Shown: positions 60,851 through 64,000 of the stretch, one piece after another
Position numbering within the stretch: the first letter of the stretch is position 1
Layout: each line of letters starts with the position of its first letter
Notes under the pieces: model-generated
The model's database searches: none
What the model was told of the DNA's origin: nothing
Seen by the model: only the letters and a program-made list of their open reading frames with translations
Assembly (NCBI RefSeq): GCF_009914755.1
Contig: NC_060934.1
Strand: one strand, 5' to 3'
DNA from: the human T2T-CHM13v2.0 reference genome, Homo sapiens
Length of the DNA stretch: 64,000 nucleotides
Position numbers and translations under genes: made by a program

Positions 60851-63800
60851 CAATTGCAATGCAAATCCATAATCTCCCATTTAGAAGAACAGGTCAGGCT
60901 GTTGGGTGGGGAATAGGGAAGGTGTCGAGCAAGGTCTCTAAAAATACTGTGAGAGCGTCTTCAACCTTTCAGATGTCTTGGTTCCTTTTCTGTATTAGTG
61001 AGAGATGTGCTTATAAGACAGAAAAGACAGCAATTTCGCCACGTCTCTTTTCCCTTCACCGGAACTCAGAGCGTTCGCCCTGCAATGAGAAACTGATTCT
61101 GGTTCCTGTTTTTTCCCAAGCACCACCCTCCCCCACTTATTTGCATACGTCAATAAATACTGCTGCGTCCTTCAGCAAGGTTAAAAAGACACCGCACACA
61201 CGACCCTTTCTTCTCCCTTCCCCAGCTCGAACACTTTTTAAAAAAACAAAACAAAAAAACCAGTATTAGCCCTCTTGATTAGCAAACTGCCTTCTTGCGT
61301 TGGTAATTGTTTCATTTAGCTGCAGCGAACCACGAGGGAGGAATCCTTGGCATTTGTTAGAAGGACTCAGCTGCACAATCATTCTCTGGCCTCCCAGTAG
61401 CTGCAGCTACTCCATTTTGTTAGGAGACAGTTAATTTAAAAAAAAACGTTTTTAAAGAAGTAAAAACCTACTGAAACGTTTGGAAGTGCTTGCTTCTTGT
61501 TACTCTAAGGATTATGGTTTTTCTGCTTATTCCCCAATTTTCTTGTCTCCAATTCTGCCGCACAAGAGATTTCTTGGCATCGCAGTGCTTCAGGTCTCAA
61601 CAGGAGCCTAAGAATTTCTCTGCAGAGTGGAGAAATGCTTCTGGTTGGATTTAAGGTCAGAGAGTGCGCGCGAGCGAGCGAGCGCCTGTGAGATAGGGTG
61701 GGGGTGGGGCTTTAAAAAAAACCCTCAGAGATTTAAGTAGACAGTCAAGATAATTCTGGGGTTGTCAGATTTTCAATTTTGAATCCTCCTGCTGCTGTCT
61801 TGGTCACAAGACTTTGGCAAATTTAGAATCCATTCTCTTATCACTAGTATTAGCAGCGAAACACTATGGTTTGAAGACCCTGAATTACCATATGCTAGCA
61901 AAAGTGTTAAAAATAGAGGAGTACAAAGTCTCAAATTTTCATACATTGTAATTATAGTGCATTGCCATCACTGCTTCATTTAGCCATATAAGGAGTGTAT
62001 GGTATTTTCCATCTCACAGAGAAGGGCTATATTCACCTCTACCATACAGCCTGTTTTCTTATTCAAGGATGAAAATTACTAATCACTCAAAACCCGGAGA
62101 CTGCCATACATGTAGTTAGCTTGTCCTTAGAACATGTTAATTGCTTTAAATATATAAATATTACAGTGCTGAGACCCTAAAAACAAATATTTTGAAATGT
62201 TAAAGGGGCATATGACCAAACATATAATTATTTTTAGATGATGATTCAGTACAATTGCAACAAAGTTATTAATAAATTTAATGCAGTTACTTAATTAACC
62301 CAGATACTTGGAGAGGAATCTTTCTCAGGACACTTGTGAAAAGGCATTCAGATACACACAGAAGCTCTGCCTCTAGACATCCTCATGATAATAATTATTG
62401 TTAAAATCAACATATCAGAAAATGAAAATATTAACTATTATGCAAAATATATCAGACAAATGGGATTAAAAGTAGTTCTATTATTTTATTAGAGACTATC
62501 ATTAAAATGGTTCATTAGTATCTTTTATTTCAAAGTTTCATACACAAAATAGTGGTGGGCTAAAGGAAATGCTTCGCAGCCACCTTGCTCTCCCTTCTAT
62601 TCCTCATTCCCCTGCCTTTCCTCCCTTCAACCCCCCCAGGGAAAAAAACCCAACTCAATATAATATACAACACAGATTGCCGGCTACTACCAATAAAATC
62701 TATTTAAGATTGCTTTTATGTTCCTCAGTTCCCTTGGTCTAAAACAATGGCTTTGATCAGTATTGCAAAATACAATACAAAGAGGCAAATGAAGCTTTGA
62801 TTTAGACAGCACAAAGTTCTATTGCTGCCACAGAAGATGGTCACAGAAAGAGACATTTTCATACTTGGTTTAAACGGTGCTGCAGTAAACCATTATAATC
62901 TGAGATTTGAGTCACTTCCAGTGAGCTAGAATTGTCTTTATAATAGCCATATCATCATGGCTGAAATAGGCATTTGATTATAATTTTAATATCACTCTGC
63001 TTTTCCGGTTGCTTGTATCAATGCTTGCTGTTAATGCCTTCAGTTTAAACTACATGCTCTTCATGGAAAAATTAATGCTGTACCTCAGCAAAAAAGCCAA
63101 AAAGTAAGCTGGACTCAGAACATTTTATAGTAGCTGTAATCAATGTTAACATATTCATTGAATTTTAAAAATTTTATACCAGGAACACCCATTTCTCTTC
63201 TCAACACTCCTTAAAAATATAAATTTTGCTTTCTGCATAAATTCACTCTGTCAAGGTCAAGACCCACCTTTAATAAATAAGACCTTTTCAAACAAAAGGT
63301 AAGCAATAGATTAACATAAAATTTGCAAAGGTAGTATTCAACGTCTCTCAGCAACTGCCTGTATAGTTTGTTTTGTGTTCTTGGGGTTGTTTTTTGTTTT
63401 TTTGGGTTTTTTGTTTTTGTTTTTGTTTTTGCTTATTTACAGCAAAGTGAGAAATAGATACCTCCTTCCCCTCCCCCACCACACACAATAGATATTCTTT
63501 TACATGCAATAACCCAATTTCAAGTAACAAAATCTTAGTAGCAGTTACCTTTGAGTGTCCAGTTTTTAAGAATCGATAAAATTTAAAAGTATACAGTATT
63601 TATTTTCTTCTTTCAGGTTGATTATGTGACCGCTCTGGCAAAAGCACTTTGACAACTGTAAGATGAGAGGGCATGCGCACACAGGGAACTGTGGGGGCTG
63701 AAGTCCTTCACAAGGTACTCGATCTGACTTCAGCACGTTCAGCCGGGAAAGGAGGAAGTCTCACAAATACAGATTCTGAGGGGAAAAGGTTGTGTCCTGA

Positions 63801-64000
63801 TTACATTATATCCTCCTAACCAATCTAAATCACGAGTTGTTGAAATAAAAGGGAAAAAAATAAACTGGTTTGTCAACTTGCCATAGGAAGCCAGGATAAA
63901 GGGAAACTGAATTGTAGTATTCAGAATAAATAAACCAAGCAGAGCTACCTTAAATGGTTAGAATGGTAATGACTGGGTAGCTAGCAATAGGAATCCTACT

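Noticed and set aside
59742-61269. Plus-strand and alternate-frame ORFs overlapping exon 2 and its upstream flank
   Set aside because: Mostly expected shadows of GC-rich coding sequence; no recognisable protein
63600-63790. Plus-strand acceptor-like ttttcttctttcAG|G at 63617 and partial NRF1-like GCATGCGCA
   Set aside because: No convincing donor or partner exon; cannot support an antisense exon from sequence alone

Overview
Human genomic DNA from the CPEB3 locus (from recall, chr10q23), transcribed on the minus strand. The window holds the end of intron 1, the first coding exon (exon 2, ATG at 60730, Q/P/A-rich low-complexity N-terminus), the 46.7-kb intron 2, exon 3 (with an internal alternative donor), intron 3 and exon 4. 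The introns carry about 65 Alu copies plus L1M, L2, MIR, MaLR-LTR and DNA-transposon relics. The key non-coding feature is the HDV-like self-cleaving CPEB3 ribozyme at 24671-24604 (minus strand). Its nested double pseudoknot can be paired by hand; it is already described in the literature. The most novel-looking observation is a 50-codon in-frame extension upstream of the usual CPEB3 start, beginning MGDYGF like the CPEB4 N-terminus, with its own candidate splice acceptors and a uORF-rich leader. A full-length, ORF-intact NHP2 retrocopy is inserted antisense into an Alu in intron 2. Repeat boundaries and subfamily names were judged by eye and are approximate.
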